Part shown: positions 9,499-20,454 of the stretch, piece by piece
How the letters are laid out: the number at the start of each line of letters is the position of its first letter
Numbering within the stretch: position 1 is the first letter of the stretch
NCBI RefSeq assembly: GCF_055378805.1
Contig: NZ_AP041107.1
Length of the DNA stretch: 40,000 nucleotides
Reading direction: 5' to 3' (one strand)
Translations under genes and position numbers: made by a program
The notes under the pieces: generated by a model
The model's database searches: none
Seen by the model: the letters and a program-made list of their open reading frames with translations, nothing else
Told to the model about the DNA's origin: nothing

Positions 9499-10248
9499 AT
9501 GATTGAAGAAGGGCTGTTACTTCCAATGAATGTTTTGCTTCAAGGACAGAAGTTAACCCTACTGGACCCTGAAATGTGGTTCTTACGGGGAAATGAAAAC
9601 AAGGATGTAACCCTTGTTATTACGATTGGTAATAACCATCAAAAATTAATGGTAGTGGAAGACATATTACTGCTCATTGACCGAAGCCAAATTGAGGTAA
9701 CTGCAGGGAAAGTAATTTATCATCCACTTCGCATTGATATCCTGAGTAAATTATTAGCTTTTATTGATGAATCAACGGGGAGTGTGGAAAGGGAACACCA
9801 TGAGTTGTTTGCTGATGCCTTGCCCTTTGCATCAGAAGTTGTGCTATTCAGTAAAGTTGCAAGTGAAGCCTGGTTTTTAGCCACTTATCTGAGCAGCGAT
9901 AATATTAATGAAATTCTGTTTCAGCATCTAAGAAAAACAGAATGCTATAAACTGGTTCGCTATTTATTATCGCAATCGCTCATACAGACTTCACTCTATG
10001 ATCTTGGTGAGCTTTACGGCGTATCGTATTCACATTTTCGCCGTTTATGTAGTTATGCATTGGGTGGTAAAGTTAAAACGGAATTATGTGGCTGGAGAGT
10101 TGCCAGAGCCGTGTTGGAAATCATTGAAGGAAACAGTGATATGACAACTATTGCGCATAAATATGGCTACTCATCCTCATCACACTTTTCAGCTGAAGTA
10201 AAAAGTCGGTTAGGAAAAACACCGAGAGAACTATGTAAAAAGTTATGA
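9499..10248 (+). CDS. eivF: AraC-family T3SS transcriptional activator, InvF homologue
   Basis: 249-aa ORF behind TAAGGAG. C-terminal AraC-type double HTH (YGVSYSHFRRLC...IAHKYGYSSSSHFSAEVKSRLGKTPRE). ATGA overlap with the secretin gene, as in invF-invG. Confidence 0.85.
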   Translation: MIEEGLLLPMNVLLQGQKLTLLDPEMWFLRGNENKDVTLVITIGNNHQKLMVVEDILLLIDRSQIEVTAGKVIYHPLRIDILSKLLAFIDESTGSVEREHHELFADALPFASEVVLFSKVASEAWFLATYLSSDNINEILFQHLRKTECYKLVRYLLSQSLIQTSLYDLGELYGVSYSHFRRLCSYALGGKVKTELCGWRVARAVLEIIEGNSDMTTIAHKYGYSSSSHFSAEVKSRLGKTPRELCKKL

Positions 10249-11948
10249 AAATAAAATTACGTATTACTATTATATTAATTTCAGCCTTATGCATTTTTAA
10301 TGGATTATTGACTCCTGGTGCATATGCCGCAACAGCGAATGGATACGTAGCAAATAAAGAAAATCTACGTAGTTTTTTTGAAACGGTTTCATCATATGCG
10401 GGTAAGCCTACAATAGTAAGTAAGCTTGCCATGAAGAAACAGATCAGCGGAAATTTTGATTTAACCGAACCCTATGCCTTGATTGAACGCCTGTCGGCGC
10501 AGATGGGACTTATTTGGTACGATGATGGCAAAGCTATTTATATCTATGACTCATCAGAGATGCGTAATGCTCTGATTAATCTGAGAAAGGTATCGACTAA
10601 TGAGTTTAATAATTTCTTAAAAAAATCGGGTCTGTATAACTCTCGTTATGAAATTAAAGGGGGCGGCAATGGTACTTTCTATGTATCGGGGCCACCGGTT
10701 TATGTTGACCTGGTCGTTAATGCTGCAAAATTAATGGAGCAAAACAGTGATGGCATCGAGATCGGACGCAATAAAGTAGGGATTATTCACCTGGTCAACA
10801 CATTCGTTAATGATCGGACTTATGAATTACGTGGCGAAAAGATAGTTATTCCTGGCATGGCAAAAGTACTATCGACGTTGTTAAATAATAACATTAAGCA
10901 AAGCACTGGGGTTAACGTACTTTCTGAAATTTCAAGTCGTCAACAACTAAAAAACGTATCACGTATGCCTCCTTTTCCTGGTGCTGAAGAAGATGATGAT
11001 CTACAAGTAGAGAAAATAATATCGACAGCTGGAGCGCCAGAGACTGACGATATACAAATTATTGCATATCCTGATACCAACAGTTTACTTGTTAAAGGAA
11101 CAGTATCTCAGGTTGATTTTATCGAGAAGTTAGTAGCTACACTCGATATTCCAAAGCGACACATTGAATTATCTTTATGGATAATAGATATTGATAAGAC
11201 TGATCTAGAACAGTTAGGAGCTGACTGGTCGGGCACGATAAAAATTGGATCCAGCCTAAGTGCATCATTTAATAATTCAGGTTCAATTAGTACCCTGGAT
11301 GGGACACAGTTTATTGCAACAATACAGGCACTTGCGCAAAAAAGAAGAGCCGCCGTTGTTGCTCGTCCTGTCGTTTTAACACAGGAGAATATTCCTGCTA
11401 TATTTGATAATAACCGTACTTTCTATACTAAATTAGTCGGCGAGCGTACTGCGGAGTTGGATGAAGTAACCTATGGTACGATGATTAGCGTGCTACCACG
11501 ATTTGCTTCGCGAAATCAAATTGAATTACTCTTGAATATTGAAGATGGCAATGAAATCAATTCTGACAAGACCAATGTTGATGATCTGCCTCAGGTTGGT
11601 AGAACGCTTATAAGTACTATTGCGCGCGTGCCTCAAGGGAAAAGTCTTTTGATTGGTGGATATACACGAGATACGAATACCTATGAAAGTCGCAAGATCC
11701 CAATATTAGGCAGTATTCCATTTATTGGTAAATTATTTGGATATGAAGGAACAAATGCGAATAACATCGTTCGTGTCTTTCTTATTGAGCCAAGAGAGAT
11801 CGATGAGCGCATGATGAATAATGCGAATGAGGCTGCGGTTGACGCCAGAGCAATAACACAGCAAATGGCAAAAAATAAAGAAATCAACGATGAATTACTG
11901 CAGAAATGGATAAAAACTTACCTGAATCGTGAAGTCGTCGGAGGATAG
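10245..11948 (+). CDS. eivG: T3SS outer-membrane secretin (SctC), InvG homologue
   Basis: 567 aa with a signal peptide ending AYA|A. C-terminal secretin domain (VLTQENIPAIFDNNRTFY...SLLIGGY...KIPILGSIPFIGKLF). Confidence 0.95.
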   Translation: MKIKLRITIILISALCIFNGLLTPGAYAATANGYVANKENLRSFFETVSSYAGKPTIVSKLAMKKQISGNFDLTEPYALIERLSAQMGLIWYDDGKAIYIYDSSEMRNALINLRKVSTNEFNNFLKKSGLYNSRYEIKGGGNGTFYVSGPPVYVDLVVNAAKLMEQNSDGIEIGRNKVGIIHLVNTFVNDRTYELRGEKIVIPGMAKVLSTLLNNNIKQSTGVNVLSEISSRQQLKNVSRMPPFPGAEEDDDLQVEKIISTAGAPETDDIQIIAYPDTNSLLVKGTVSQVDFIEKLVATLDIPKRHIELSLWIIDIDKTDLEQLGADWSGTIKIGSSLSASFNNSGSISTLDGTQFIATIQALAQKRRAAVVARPVVLTQENIPAIFDNNRTFYTKLVGERTAELDEVTYGTMISVLPRFASRNQIELLLNIEDGNEINSDKTNVDDLPQVGRTLISTIARVPQGKSLLIGGYTRDTNTYESRKIPILGSIPFIGKLFGYEGTNANNIVRVFLIEPREIDERMMNNANEAAVDARAITQQMAKNKEINDELLQKWIKTYLNREVVGG

Positions 11949-11952
11949 TGAA

Positions 11953-13098
11953 ATGGCGATTCATGTAGAGCATGTCGGTGTATTAGAAAGAGCCAGAGAA
12001 GTTTCTCGCTTAGAGGACATTATCACAGAAGATAATGAAGATATTGAAGCTGAAATGCCTAAAATGGGGGATGATCCCGCCGGTAAAGAAGCTCGATTCT
12101 TACAAGCTACTGACGAGATGTCAGCAGCGTTAACGCAGTTTATGAAGAAAAAAATCTACGAAGAACAACTGGCCAACTTTCTGGACGGAGAAGAATATGT
12201 CCTGGAAGATCAGCCAATAGAAAAAACCGATAAAGTCATGGAGGCGCTTAAGGCTGCAACTACCCATGACTATGAAGTGTATAGCTTTGCTAAAAAATTA
12301 TTTCCAGATGAAAGCGATCTGGTGGTTGTATTACGTGCAATTTTACGTAAAAAACAAATATCTGAAAATGTGCGGCTAAACGCTGAAGCATTACTTAGAA
12401 AAGTTAATCAAGAGACTACTAAAAAATTCATTAATAGTGGCATTAACTCGGCATTAAAAGCAAAGTTATTTGGCCAGGCATTGTCATTAAATCCAAAATT
12501 ACTAAGGGCAAGTTATCGACAATTTTTAATGGCAGAAGACGATGCTGTAGATACTTATGTAGAATGGATTGGTAGTTATGGCTATCAAAATAGAATGCTA
12601 GTGACAAAATTTATCAAAGAGACGCTTTTCTCAGATATAAATGCACTTGATGCGAGTTGTTCATCATTGGAATTTGGTATGTTTCTCAATAAGTTGTCAC
12701 AACTATTGTCTCTTCAGTCGGCAGAGGCTTTATTTCTGAAAACTTTAATGAATAACCCAATAATTAAAAAATTTATTAGCGCAGAAGATTACTGGATATT
12801 TTTTCTGATATCGTTAATAAAGTTTCCTGAGACTGCAGAGGAACTCCTGAAAAATGCACTGGTAACCCTACCCGCAGATGCTAATTATAAAGACAAAACG
12901 TTACTCCTGAAGGCGATTTACAGCGGATGTACAAATCTTCCATTTTCACTTTTTATTAATAATGAACAATTATTAGAGATTAGGGAGTGTTGTAAACAGG
13001 CAATAAAAGTAACATTTGCAGCAGAGCTCTTTGATACACAAAACAGTAATAAAAAACAAAATAAAAAACCATGGAAGAAGGTAATGTTCAATGTTTAA
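11953..13098 (+). CDS. eivE: T3SS gatekeeper (SctW), InvE homologue
   Basis: The ATG at 11953 follows GGAGGA and the eivG stop; the ORF-track start at 11929 overlaps eivG. Size is similar to InvE and the position between secretin and SctV is conserved. 8-nt overlap with eivA. Confidence 0.8.
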   Translation: MAIHVEHVGVLERAREVSRLEDIITEDNEDIEAEMPKMGDDPAGKEARFLQATDEMSAALTQFMKKKIYEEQLANFLDGEEYVLEDQPIEKTDKVMEALKAATTHDYEVYSFAKKLFPDESDLVVVLRAILRKKQISENVRLNAEALLRKVNQETTKKFINSGINSALKAKLFGQALSLNPKLLRASYRQFLMAEDDAVDTYVEWIGSYGYQNRMLVTKFIKETLFSDINALDASCSSLEFGMFLNKLSQLLSLQSAEALFLKTLMNNPIIKKFISAEDYWIFFLISLIKFPETAEELLKNALVTLPADANYKDKTLLLKAIYSGCTNLPFSLFINNEQLLEIRECCKQAIKVTFAAELFDTQNSNKKQNKKPWKKVMFNV

Positions 13099-15151
13099 CA
13101 AAGTTTTGATAGGGTTAAGGAGTCATCCAGAATTAATAATTCTTGGATTAATGGTGATGATTATCGCCATGCTCATAATTCCATTGCCCACCTACTTAAT
13201 CGATTTTTTGATTGGGCTGAACTTAACATTGGCAATACTTGTGTTTTTAGGATCATTCTATGTTGATAGGATTTTAAGTTTTTCTTCATTCCCATCAATT
13301 CTTCTCATCACAACGTTATTTCGTTTGGCGCTGGCGATCAGTACCAGCCGACTTATACTTCTTGAGGCGGACGCCGGAGAAATTATAACGAGTTTTGGTG
13401 AATTCGTTATTGGAGATAGCCTGGTAGTTGGTTTTGTTATTTTCTCCATTGTTACTATTGTTCAGTTTATCGTGATTACTAAAGGTTCGGAACGTGTGGC
13501 TGAAGTTGCTGCCCGCTTTTCGCTTGACGGTATGCCAGGTAAACAAATGAGTATTGACGCCGATCTACGCGCCGGGATCATTGATGCAGATTTAGCAAAA
13601 GAACGTCGTAGCGTATTAGAACGAGAGAGTCAGCTGTATGGTTCCTTTGATGGTGCGATGAAATTTATCAAAGGTGATGCTATTGCAAACATTATTATTA
13701 TCTTTGTTAATATTATCGGTGGGCTATCAGTAGGAGTAGGCCAAAATGGAATGGATTTCTCGACAGCGTTGACCGTCTACACAATTCTTACCGTCGGTGA
13801 TGGTCTTGTTTCACAAATTCCAGCTTTATTAATTGCTATTAGTGCAGGGTTTATCGTAACGCGCGTGAATGGCGATAGTGATAATATGGGGCAAAATATA
13901 ATGTCCCAGTTATTAAGTAATTCTTTTGTCATTATTGTGACATGTGTCCTCGCGCTAAGTATTGGGTTGCTTCCAGGTTTTCCCCTTCTTGTGTTTTTAT
14001 GTTTGGCAGTAATCTTAGGAATTTATTTTTACTTTAAATTCAAAAAGAAAGGGGTTGAAGAAACGGTTGTTGAGGGAGATATCACCGTTGGGTTGGAACC
14101 CTATAATCAGGATGATGATATTTCATTAGGTATTATTAATAAACTTGATCAGGTTATTACCGAAACGGTACCCTTGGTTTTGATTATGAATAGTGTACAG
14201 GCTAAAAAATACACTGAAATCAATCTTGCTGATAGGATTCGTAGTCAGTTTTTTATTGAGTATGGTATCCGTATTCCCGGTATTGTCATTCGCGAGGGGG
14301 AAGGCCTTAATGATGAAGATGTCATATTAATGCTAAATGAAGTCAGAGCCTCGCAATTTAAAATTTATCATGATCTTGTCTTGTTGGTTGAATATTCAGA
14401 TGAAGTGGTTTCGACTTTGATCAAGAAACCTGTCATCGTAAATAATAATGGTGAACAATATTATTGGGTTACAAAAAGTGATGCCCAAAAATTAACAAAA
14501 ATTGGCTGTTATACTCGCACGGCCATGGATGAAATGTACAATCATTTATCTGTATGTCTGGCTCATAATATTAATGAGTATTTTGGTATACAAGAAACCA
14601 AATATATTCTTGATCAATTAGAGATGAAGTATCCTGATCTATTAAAAGAAATATTAAGATATATAACCGTGCAGCGCATTTCAGAGGTAATTCAGCGTCT
14701 GATCCAGGAGCGAATTTCAGTGCGCAATATGCGTTTAGTTATGGAGGCTTTAGCATTATGGAGCCCACGAGAGAAAGATATAATTACACTCGTCGAGCAT
14801 GTACGAGGTGCATTAGGTCGCTACATTTGCCATAAGTTTTCATATTCTGGAGAAATTAAAGCAATTGTGATTTCGCCTGAAATAGAGGACAGAATCAGAG
14901 ATGGTGTCAGGCCTACCGCTGGCGGTACTTTTCTTAATCTCGATGCATCCGAAGCTGAGATGATTCTGGATAATTTTAAACTGGCTCTTTCTGGAATCAA
15001 TATTCCTATTAAAGACATTATTTTACTGGGATCTGTGGATATTCGTCGTTTTATCAAAAAACTTATTGAATCTAGTTATCGAGACCTCGAAGTACTTTCG
15101 TACGGGGAACTAACGGAAAATGTTCCCGTTAATATTCTGAAAACTATTTAG
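13091..15151 (+). CDS. eivA: T3SS export-apparatus major subunit (SctV/FHIPEP), InvA homologue
   Basis: 686 aa (InvA is about 685). N-terminal polytopic membrane domain with FHIPEP motifs ([31 protein letters not shown]) plus a cytoplasmic C-terminal domain. Confidence 0.95.
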   Translation: MFNKVLIGLRSHPELIILGLMVMIIAMLIIPLPTYLIDFLIGLNLTLAILVFLGSFYVDRILSFSSFPSILLITTLFRLALAISTSRLILLEADAGEIITSFGEFVIGDSLVVGFVIFSIVTIVQFIVITKGSERVAEVAARFSLDGMPGKQMSIDADLRAGIIDADLAKERRSVLERESQLYGSFDGAMKFIKGDAIANIIIIFVNIIGGLSVGVGQNGMDFSTALTVYTILTVGDGLVSQIPALLIAISAGFIVTRVNGDSDNMGQNIMSQLLSNSFVIIVTCVLALSIGLLPGFPLLVFLCLAVILGIYFYFKFKKKGVEETVVEGDITVGLEPYNQDDDISLGIINKLDQVITETVPLVLIMNSVQAKKYTEINLADRIRSQFFIEYGIRIPGIVIREGEGLNDEDVILMLNEVRASQFKIYHDLVLLVEYSDEVVSTLIKKPVIVNNNGEQYYWVTKSDAQKLTKIGCYTRTAMDEMYNHLSVCLAHNINEYFGIQETKYILDQLEMKYPDLLKEILRYITVQRISEVIQRLIQERISVRNMRLVMEALALWSPREKDIITLVEHVRGALGRYICHKFSYSGEIKAIVISPEIEDRIRDGVRPTAGGTFLNLDASEAEMILDNFKLALSGINIPIKDIILLGSVDIRRFIKKLIESSYRDLEVLSYGELTENVPVNILKTI

Positions 15152-15182
15152 GATAATGTCTTGCGATATGGAGCATGCTGGT

Positions 15183-16475
15183 ATGAAAAAATTAAAACTA
15201 TTAAATAAATACAGCTACTTACATAGCATAAACGGCTCGCTGATTGAAGCAGAGCTTGACGACGTTTCAGTGGGCGAAGTATGCGAAATTTATGCGAGCT
15301 GGCAAGCAAATGAACGTATAGCCAGGGCTCAGGTCGTTGGCTTTCGCAATGGAAAGACATTATTAAACCTTATAGGCAGCTCTGTGGGGCTTACACGTAC
15401 TGCAGTTTTGAAACCAACGGGAGAGCAGTTAACCATACAGATCAGTGATGCCTTTCTTGGTTCAGTTTTGAATGCTTCTGGTCAAATTATGGAAAGGTTT
15501 GTCCCGGACACTCCAGGCGAAAGGGGAAATTTACGCCTGATTGATGAACTGCCACCGTCGTATCAGGAACGTCGAGTTATTAATACACCACTAGAGACAC
15601 GGATAAGAGTCATTGATGGCGTACTGACATGTGGCATTGGTCAACGTGTTGGGATTTTCGCATCGGCTGGCTGTGGCAAAACGGTTTTAATGCATATGCT
15701 TGTAAACAACACTGAAGCTGATGTGTTTGTTATTGGCTTGATTGGCGAACGTGGAAGGGAAGTTACGGAATGCGCGGAATCGCTGAAAAAATCAGTAAAT
15801 GCAGCAAAATGTGTTTTGGTTTATGCCACCTCTGATTTTTCGTCAGTAGATCGGTGTAATGCCGCCCTGATGGCGACAACCGTGGCAGAGTATTTTAGAG
15901 ATCGTGGAAAGAGAGTTGTACTTTTTATCGACTCAATGACGCGGTATGCACGAGCACTACGCGATATGAAGCTGGCAGCGGGTGAACCACCTGCCAGGCG
16001 TGGTTATCCTGCTTCTGTTTTTGACAGTTTACCTCGCTTACTGGAGAGGCCGGGACCAACATTAAAAGGAAGTATTACTGCGTTTTATACCGTATTACTG
16101 GAGGGGGAGGATGAATCAGACCCACTGGGTGATGAAATTCGCTCAATCCTTGATGGCCATATCTATCTAAGTCGCAAACTCGCTGGGCAAGGTCATTATC
16201 CGGCAATAGATGTACTAAAAAGTGTGAGTCGAGTATTTGGTCAGGTCACTGATGAAAAACACAGAGATAATGCAGCACGGGTAAGGAAGATCCTCACAAC
16301 TTTGGAAGATCTACAGGTGTTTATTGATTTAGGGGAATATCGCGCTGGGCAAAATGCTGAAAATGATTTTGCTATGAATGCCCGGCCTAAACTCACAAAT
16401 TGGTTAAAACAGTCAGTTAATGAAAAAATGCCAATGAGTGAAACGCTAAAAGAGCTTGAACGAATTGTTAAGTAA
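15183..16475 (+). CDS. eivC: T3SS ATPase (SctN), InvC homologue
   Basis: Walker [15 protein letters not shown] and Walker [16 protein letters not shown]. The N-terminus [11 protein letters not shown]... aligns by eye with InvC MKTPRLLQY...; the ORF-track start at 15156 is also possible. Confidence 0.93.
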   Translation: MKKLKLLNKYSYLHSINGSLIEAELDDVSVGEVCEIYASWQANERIARAQVVGFRNGKTLLNLIGSSVGLTRTAVLKPTGEQLTIQISDAFLGSVLNASGQIMERFVPDTPGERGNLRLIDELPPSYQERRVINTPLETRIRVIDGVLTCGIGQRVGIFASAGCGKTVLMHMLVNNTEADVFVIGLIGERGREVTECAESLKKSVNAAKCVLVYATSDFSSVDRCNAALMATTVAEYFRDRGKRVVLFIDSMTRYARALRDMKLAAGEPPARRGYPASVFDSLPRLLERPGPTLKGSITAFYTVLLEGEDESDPLGDEIRSILDGHIYLSRKLAGQGHYPAIDVLKSVSRVFGQVTDEKHRDNAARVRKILTTLEDLQVFIDLGEYRAGQNAENDFAMNARPKLTNWLKQSVNEKMPMSETLKELERIVK

Positions 16476-16923
16476 AGTTAATCGACTTATCAGAAGAACA
16501 GCGCAGAGCCTGGCTGCATGTGAAGCATCATTACAAAAGTTAAATGCAGAAAAAGAAAAGTTAGTCGAAAAGGAACGCCTGTATGATATGCAACTTAAAA
16601 ACCTACAGTCACTGTTAGATATGAAGGAATTACTCGGCGAAGTTGTATTTCGCCAGGATATATTTTACTCGTTACGTAAAGTTGCAGTCATTCAGCAGCA
16701 GATCGCTGAGATAAATCTTGAAAAGCAAAAAATAGCAGAGCGGCGAAAAATACTTAACAAGGAAATAGTTCAACAGCAAGCACAAAGAAAACACTGGTGG
16801 CTAAAAGGAGAAAAGTACGATCGACTAAAGAAGCGCATCAAAAAACAACTTTTAAATCAGATGCTTTATCAAGACGAGCTTGAACAGGAGGAGAAATATA
16901 ATGGACGAAGTCAAGAAAATTGA
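16456..16923 (+). CDS. eivI: T3SS stalk protein (SctO), InvI/SpaM homologue
   Basis: 155-aa coiled-coil, K/E/Q-rich ORF immediately after the ATPase gene, the conserved SctO position. TTG start overlaps the eivC end; the start is uncertain. Confidence 0.7.
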   Translation: MNELLSKVNRLIRRTAQSLAACEASLQKLNAEKEKLVEKERLYDMQLKNLQSLLDMKELLGEVVFRQDIFYSLRKVAVIQQQIAEINLEKQKIAERRKILNKEIVQQQAQRKHWWLKGEKYDRLKKRIKKQLLNQMLYQDELEQEEKYNGRSQEN

Positions 16924-17776
16924 ACATTATAAAAATTTAAACACAGACACATCCGAGAATTCTGCTGCGGATTTAGACAGTTTCTTAAAGAAAAACAAAA
17001 AAAATAAAGAAATGAGTGAGATTGTTGCTGGATCCATTCTCCAGTTATTACGTCAGGCTCAGGATAGCCAATTCCTTACGTTTGGGAAAAAGAATGGGCA
17101 AATGAAGTCTATTGATAACAAATCGTCTCTCCAGGTTGACAGGAATTCTTCTTTTTCTTTGCAAACAAATGGAATAGAGCAACTTTCTACAAAGAAAGTC
17201 CTCAATATGACTTCACGAGATCAGGGTGTTAATTCTGAACTATCTGATAAAGCGATACAATTTAAGGGGGAAATCCATAATGGTATCCATACAGAAAACA
17301 TCACGGTTCAAAACCACAGTAATAATAAAGAGCGTGAAAAAAAATATCGCGATGGAGACAAAAAAAATGGAGAGCAGGCCCATTTATTAGATATTACTAA
17401 CGAAAGAAGGTTTGCTGATAACAAAACCATGTTTACTCAACATATCGAAAAGCAAAGGAATATTCATACGCTCAATCAGAATGATATAAATAATTCTGTT
17501 AATAGTGCCAATGTACCCGAAAATGAATTGACATATCAGTTTCAGCGTTGGGGACAGAATCATACAGTTCGGATTCTGGAAAGTAGTGAAGGGATACGAC
17601 TAAAACCATCAGACACGATTGTCTCCGACAGACTCCATGAAGCCCAACACAATGATGTTACAGCACAACGTTGGGTATTGACTGAGCAAGATGAACGACA
17701 AGGGCAACGACATCAGCCTCATGATGAGCAAGAAAATGAAGGTAAATTCGAAAACGATCAGAAGGACGAAAGTTAA
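16901..17776 (+). CDS. eivJ: T3SS needle-length regulator / substrate-specificity switch (SctP), InvJ/SpaN homologue
   Basis: ATG at 16901 follows AGGAGGAG. 291 aa, N/Q/K/S-rich and low in complexity, with a C-terminal T3S4-like block (YQFQRWGQNHTVRILESSEGIRLKPSD). Its stop overlaps the epaO start (TAATG). Confidence 0.8.
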   Translation: MDEVKKIEHYKNLNTDTSENSAADLDSFLKKNKKNKEMSEIVAGSILQLLRQAQDSQFLTFGKKNGQMKSIDNKSSLQVDRNSSFSLQTNGIEQLSTKKVLNMTSRDQGVNSELSDKAIQFKGEIHNGIHTENITVQNHSNNKEREKKYRDGDKKNGEQAHLLDITNERRFADNKTMFTQHIEKQRNIHTLNQNDINNSVNSANVPENELTYQFQRWGQNHTVRILESSEGIRLKPSDTIVSDRLHEAQHNDVTAQRWVLTEQDERQGQRHQPHDEQENEGKFENDQKDES

Positions 17777-18366
17777 TGTTCGGTCTGAGAAAAGTAAATG
17801 GAAACACTCATTCCTTTGAAACCACTTTTCAAAATTGGAAAGAAAAGGGTGAAGATGTTGCGTTATTAATGCCCGAATTTAGCGCCAAATGGCTACCGAT
17901 AGCAGAAGAGAGCGGCAGCTGGTCTGGATGGGTGTTACTTCGAGAGTTATTTCCCTTAATTTCTGCCGAGCTCGCTGGGATGGCTTTAATGCCAGAAACG
18001 GAAAGGTTAATAGGGGAATGGCTCAGTTTATCTAGTACCCCGTTAAATCTAAAGTATCCTGAACTAAAATATAATCGTTTGTGTGTCGGTAAAGTATTTG
18101 ATGGAGTATTGAGTCCAGCTCAACCACTGATAAGAATATGGACAGGGGAATTAAATATTTGGTTAGATAAAGTCACAGTCTGCCAATACGAAAACGCTCC
18201 AACGCTAGACAAAAAATCATTATATTGGCCCATTCATTTTGTAATTGGATTTAGTAAAACATGTTATAGAACCATTGTTGATATTGAAGTTGGTGATGTT
18301 TTATTAATTTCAAATAATTTTGCTTATGCGGTTATTTATAATACAAAGATTTGTGATTTAATTTAT

Positions 18367-18375
18367 CCAGAGGAG
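18367..18375. repeat. 9-bp target-site duplication (left copy) of the IS903-group insertion
   Basis: CCAGAGGAG lies immediately before the left IR and is identical to 19433-19441. Confidence 0.95.
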
Positions 18376-19432
18376 GGCTTTGTTGAATAAATCAGATTTC
18401 GGGTAAGTCTCCCCCGTAGCGGGTTGTGTTTTCAGGCAATACGCACGCTTTCAGGCATACCTGCTTTCGTCATTTTGTTCAGCGCTCGTACCAGGGCCAT
18501 AGCCTCTGCAACCTGACCATCGTAGTCACGCAGTGTCAGTGAACCTCCGAACAGCTGTTTTACCCGGTACATCGCCGTTTCCGCTATCGAGCGACGGTTA
18601 TAATCTGTTGTCCATTTCCACCGCGCATTACTCCCGGTCAGCCGCTGATTCGCAACAGCACGGTTACGGTCTGCATATTCACCGGGCCAGTAACCCGCGC
18701 CTTTTCGGGGCGGGATAAGCGCGCTGATTTTCTTACGCCGCAGTTCATCGTGACAGAGCCGGGTGTCGTAAGCGCCGTCTGCCGATGCTGCCCTGATTTT
18801 TCTGTGAGTCTGCCGGATAAGACCCGGGAAGGCTTCTGAGTCCGTCACATTGTTCAGCGACAGGTCTGCACAGATGATTTCATGTGTTTTGCTGTCAACT
18901 GCCAGATGCAACTTTCGCCATATACGACGGCGTTCTTTGCCGTGTTTTTTGACTTTCCATTCGCCTTCACCAAAGACCTTCAGCCCGGTGGAATCAATCA
19001 CCAGATGCGCGATTTCACCTCGGGTGAACGTTTTGAAACTGACATTAACCGACTTTGCGCGCTTGCTGACACTGGTGTAATCCGGGCAGCGCAACGGAAC
19101 ATTCATCAGTGTAAAAATGGAATCAATAAAACCCTGTGCAGCCCGCAGGGTCAACCTGAACACGCGTTTAATGACCAGAACGGTGGTGATGGCGAGATCA
19201 GAATAGCGCTGAGGTCTTCCCCGTGATGAAGGCGTTGCCGACTCATACCAGGCCTGAATAGCTTCATCATCCAGCCAGAAAGTTATGGAGCCACGGTTGA
19301 TGAGGGCTTTATTGTAGGTGGGCCAGTTGGTGATTTTGAACTTTTGCTTTGCCACGGAACGGTCTGCGTTGTCGGGAAGATGCGTGATCTGATCCTTCAA
19401 CTCAGCAAAAGTTCGATTTATTCAACAAAGCC
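18376..19432 (-). mobile_element. IS903-group insertion sequence (IS5 family), 1057 bp
   Basis: 18-bp terminal inverted repeats GGCTTTGTTGAATAAATC (18376-18393; reverse complement at 19415-19432), the IS903/IS102 ends as I remember them from Tn903. Single transposase ORF. Length 1057 bp equals IS903. Flanked by a 9-bp duplication. GC is clearly higher than the surrounding island. Confidence 0.93.
18432..19355 (-). CDS. IS903-group DDE transposase
   Basis: The ORF-track frame 18432-19400 is 322 aa. A GTG at 19355 gives the 307-aa form (VAKQKFKITNWPTYNKALINRGS...) that matches my memory of the IS903 transposase; the nucleotide sequence is close to but not identical with Tn903's IS903. Confidence 0.85.
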   Translation of the reverse strand: MAKQKFKITNWPTYNKALINRGSITFWLDDEAIQAWYESATPSSRGRPQRYSDLAITTVLVIKRVFRLTLRAAQGFIDSIFTLMNVPLRCPDYTSVSKRAKSVNVSFKTFTRGEIAHLVIDSTGLKVFGEGEWKVKKHGKERRRIWRKLHLAVDSKTHEIICADLSLNNVTDSEAFPGLIRQTHRKIRAASADGAYDTRLCHDELRRKKISALIPPRKGAGYWPGEYADRNRAVANQRLTGSNARWKWTTDYNRRSIAETAMYRVKQLFGGSLTLRDYDGQVAEAMALVRALNKMTKAGMPESVRIA

Positions 19433-19441
19433 CCAGAGGAG
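19433..19441. repeat. 9-bp target-site duplication (right copy)
   Basis: CCAGAGGAG lies immediately after the right IR. Confidence 0.95.
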
Positions 19442-19447
19442 TTAAAA

Positions 19448-19789
19448 ATGGTTGATCATTTTGAGTACGAGGAAGATTTTGAAACAGATGACTTTGATAT
19501 CAAAAAAAGCGAAATCGAGATTAATGATGAAAATGACTATCAGCAGATTAATAGTTTTGAAGACTTGCCTGTAAAAATTGAGTTTGTTCTTGGAAAGAAA
19601 ATTATGAATCTATATGAAATAGATGATCTCTGTGCAAAAAGAATTATATCTTTGCTTCCTGAAGCGGAGAAAAATATAGAGATACGTGTAAATGGCGCGC
19701 TAACTGGCTATGGCGAACTTGTTGAAGTGGATGATAAATTGGGCGTAGAAATTCATTCTTGGTTATCAGGGAATAATAATGTCAAATAG
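19448..19789 (+). CDS. EpaO C-terminal SPOA-domain ORF (113 aa), possible independently translated short isoform
   Basis: The ATG at 19448 lies 6 nt downstream of GAGGAG, which is contained in the target duplication. It encodes the FliN/SpoA-like C-terminus (LPVKIEFVLGKKIMNLYEIDDL...IEIRVNGALTGYGELVEVDDKLGVEI). It corresponds to codon 203 of the reconstructed protein. Confidence 0.5.
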   Translation: MVDHFEYEEDFETDDFDIKKSEIEINDENDYQQINSFEDLPVKIEFVLGKKIMNLYEIDDLCAKRIISLLPEAEKNIEIRVNGALTGYGELVEVDDKLGVEIHSWLSGNNNVK

Positions 19790-20444
19790 CATTTCGCTGA
19801 TAGCGATATTATCATTATTTACACTATTACCGTTTATAATAGCATCCGGGACATGTTTTATTAAATTCTCGATTGTTTTTGTTATTGTACGAAACGCTTT
19901 GGGACTTCAGCAAGTGCCATCAAATATGACACTTAATGGGGTAGCTTTGCTATTGTCAATGTTCGTAATGATGCCGGTTGGGAAGGAAATATATAATAAC
20001 AGTCAGAATGAGAATCTTTCATTCAATAATGTTGCGTCGGTTGTTAATTTTGTTGAGACAGGCATGAGTGGTTATAAATCATATTTGATAAAATATTCTG
20101 AACCGGAGTTGGTTAGCTTTTTTGAAAAGATTCAGAAGGTGAATAGTTCTGAAGACAATGAAGAGATAATCGATGATGATAATATTTCAATTTTCTCGTT
20201 ACTCCCGGCATATGCGTTGAGTGAGATAAAAAGTGCATTTATTATAGGTTTTTATATTTATTTACCCTTTGTTGTAGTTGATCTGGTTATATCCAGCGTT
20301 CTGTTAACGTTAGGTATGATGATGATGAGTCCGGTAACCATATCTACACCGATAAAATTAATTCTGTTTGTCGCGATGGACGGTTGGACAATGTTATCGA
20401 AAGGACTCATTTTACAATATTTTGACCTATCCATTAATCCCTGA
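19779..20444 (+). CDS. epaP: T3SS export-apparatus protein SctR (FliP family), SpaP homologue
   Basis: 221 aa with FliP-family motifs ([33 protein letters not shown]). 11-nt overlap with the epaO end. Confidence 0.93.
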   Translation: MSNSISLIAILSLFTLLPFIIASGTCFIKFSIVFVIVRNALGLQQVPSNMTLNGVALLLSMFVMMPVGKEIYNNSQNENLSFNNVASVVNFVETGMSGYKSYLIKYSEPELVSFFEKIQKVNSSEDNEEIIDDDNISIFSLLPAYALSEIKSAFIIGFYIYLPFVVVDLVISSVLLTLGMMMMSPVTISTPIKLILFVAMDGWTMLSKGLILQYFDLSINP

Positions 20445-20454
20445 GGAAAAAAAT

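Larger units (their letters stand above)
17776..19789 (+). pseudogene. epaO: T3SS sorting-platform/C-ring gene (SctQ), SpaO homologue, interrupted by IS903-group element
   Basis: The N-terminal 200 codons (17776-18375) read into the IS inverted repeat, adding GFVE then TAA. Deleting 18376-19441 in silico (the IS plus one target-duplication copy) restores a single 315-codon frame (...LIYPEELKMVDHFEYEE...) ending at 19789. Confidence 0.9.
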
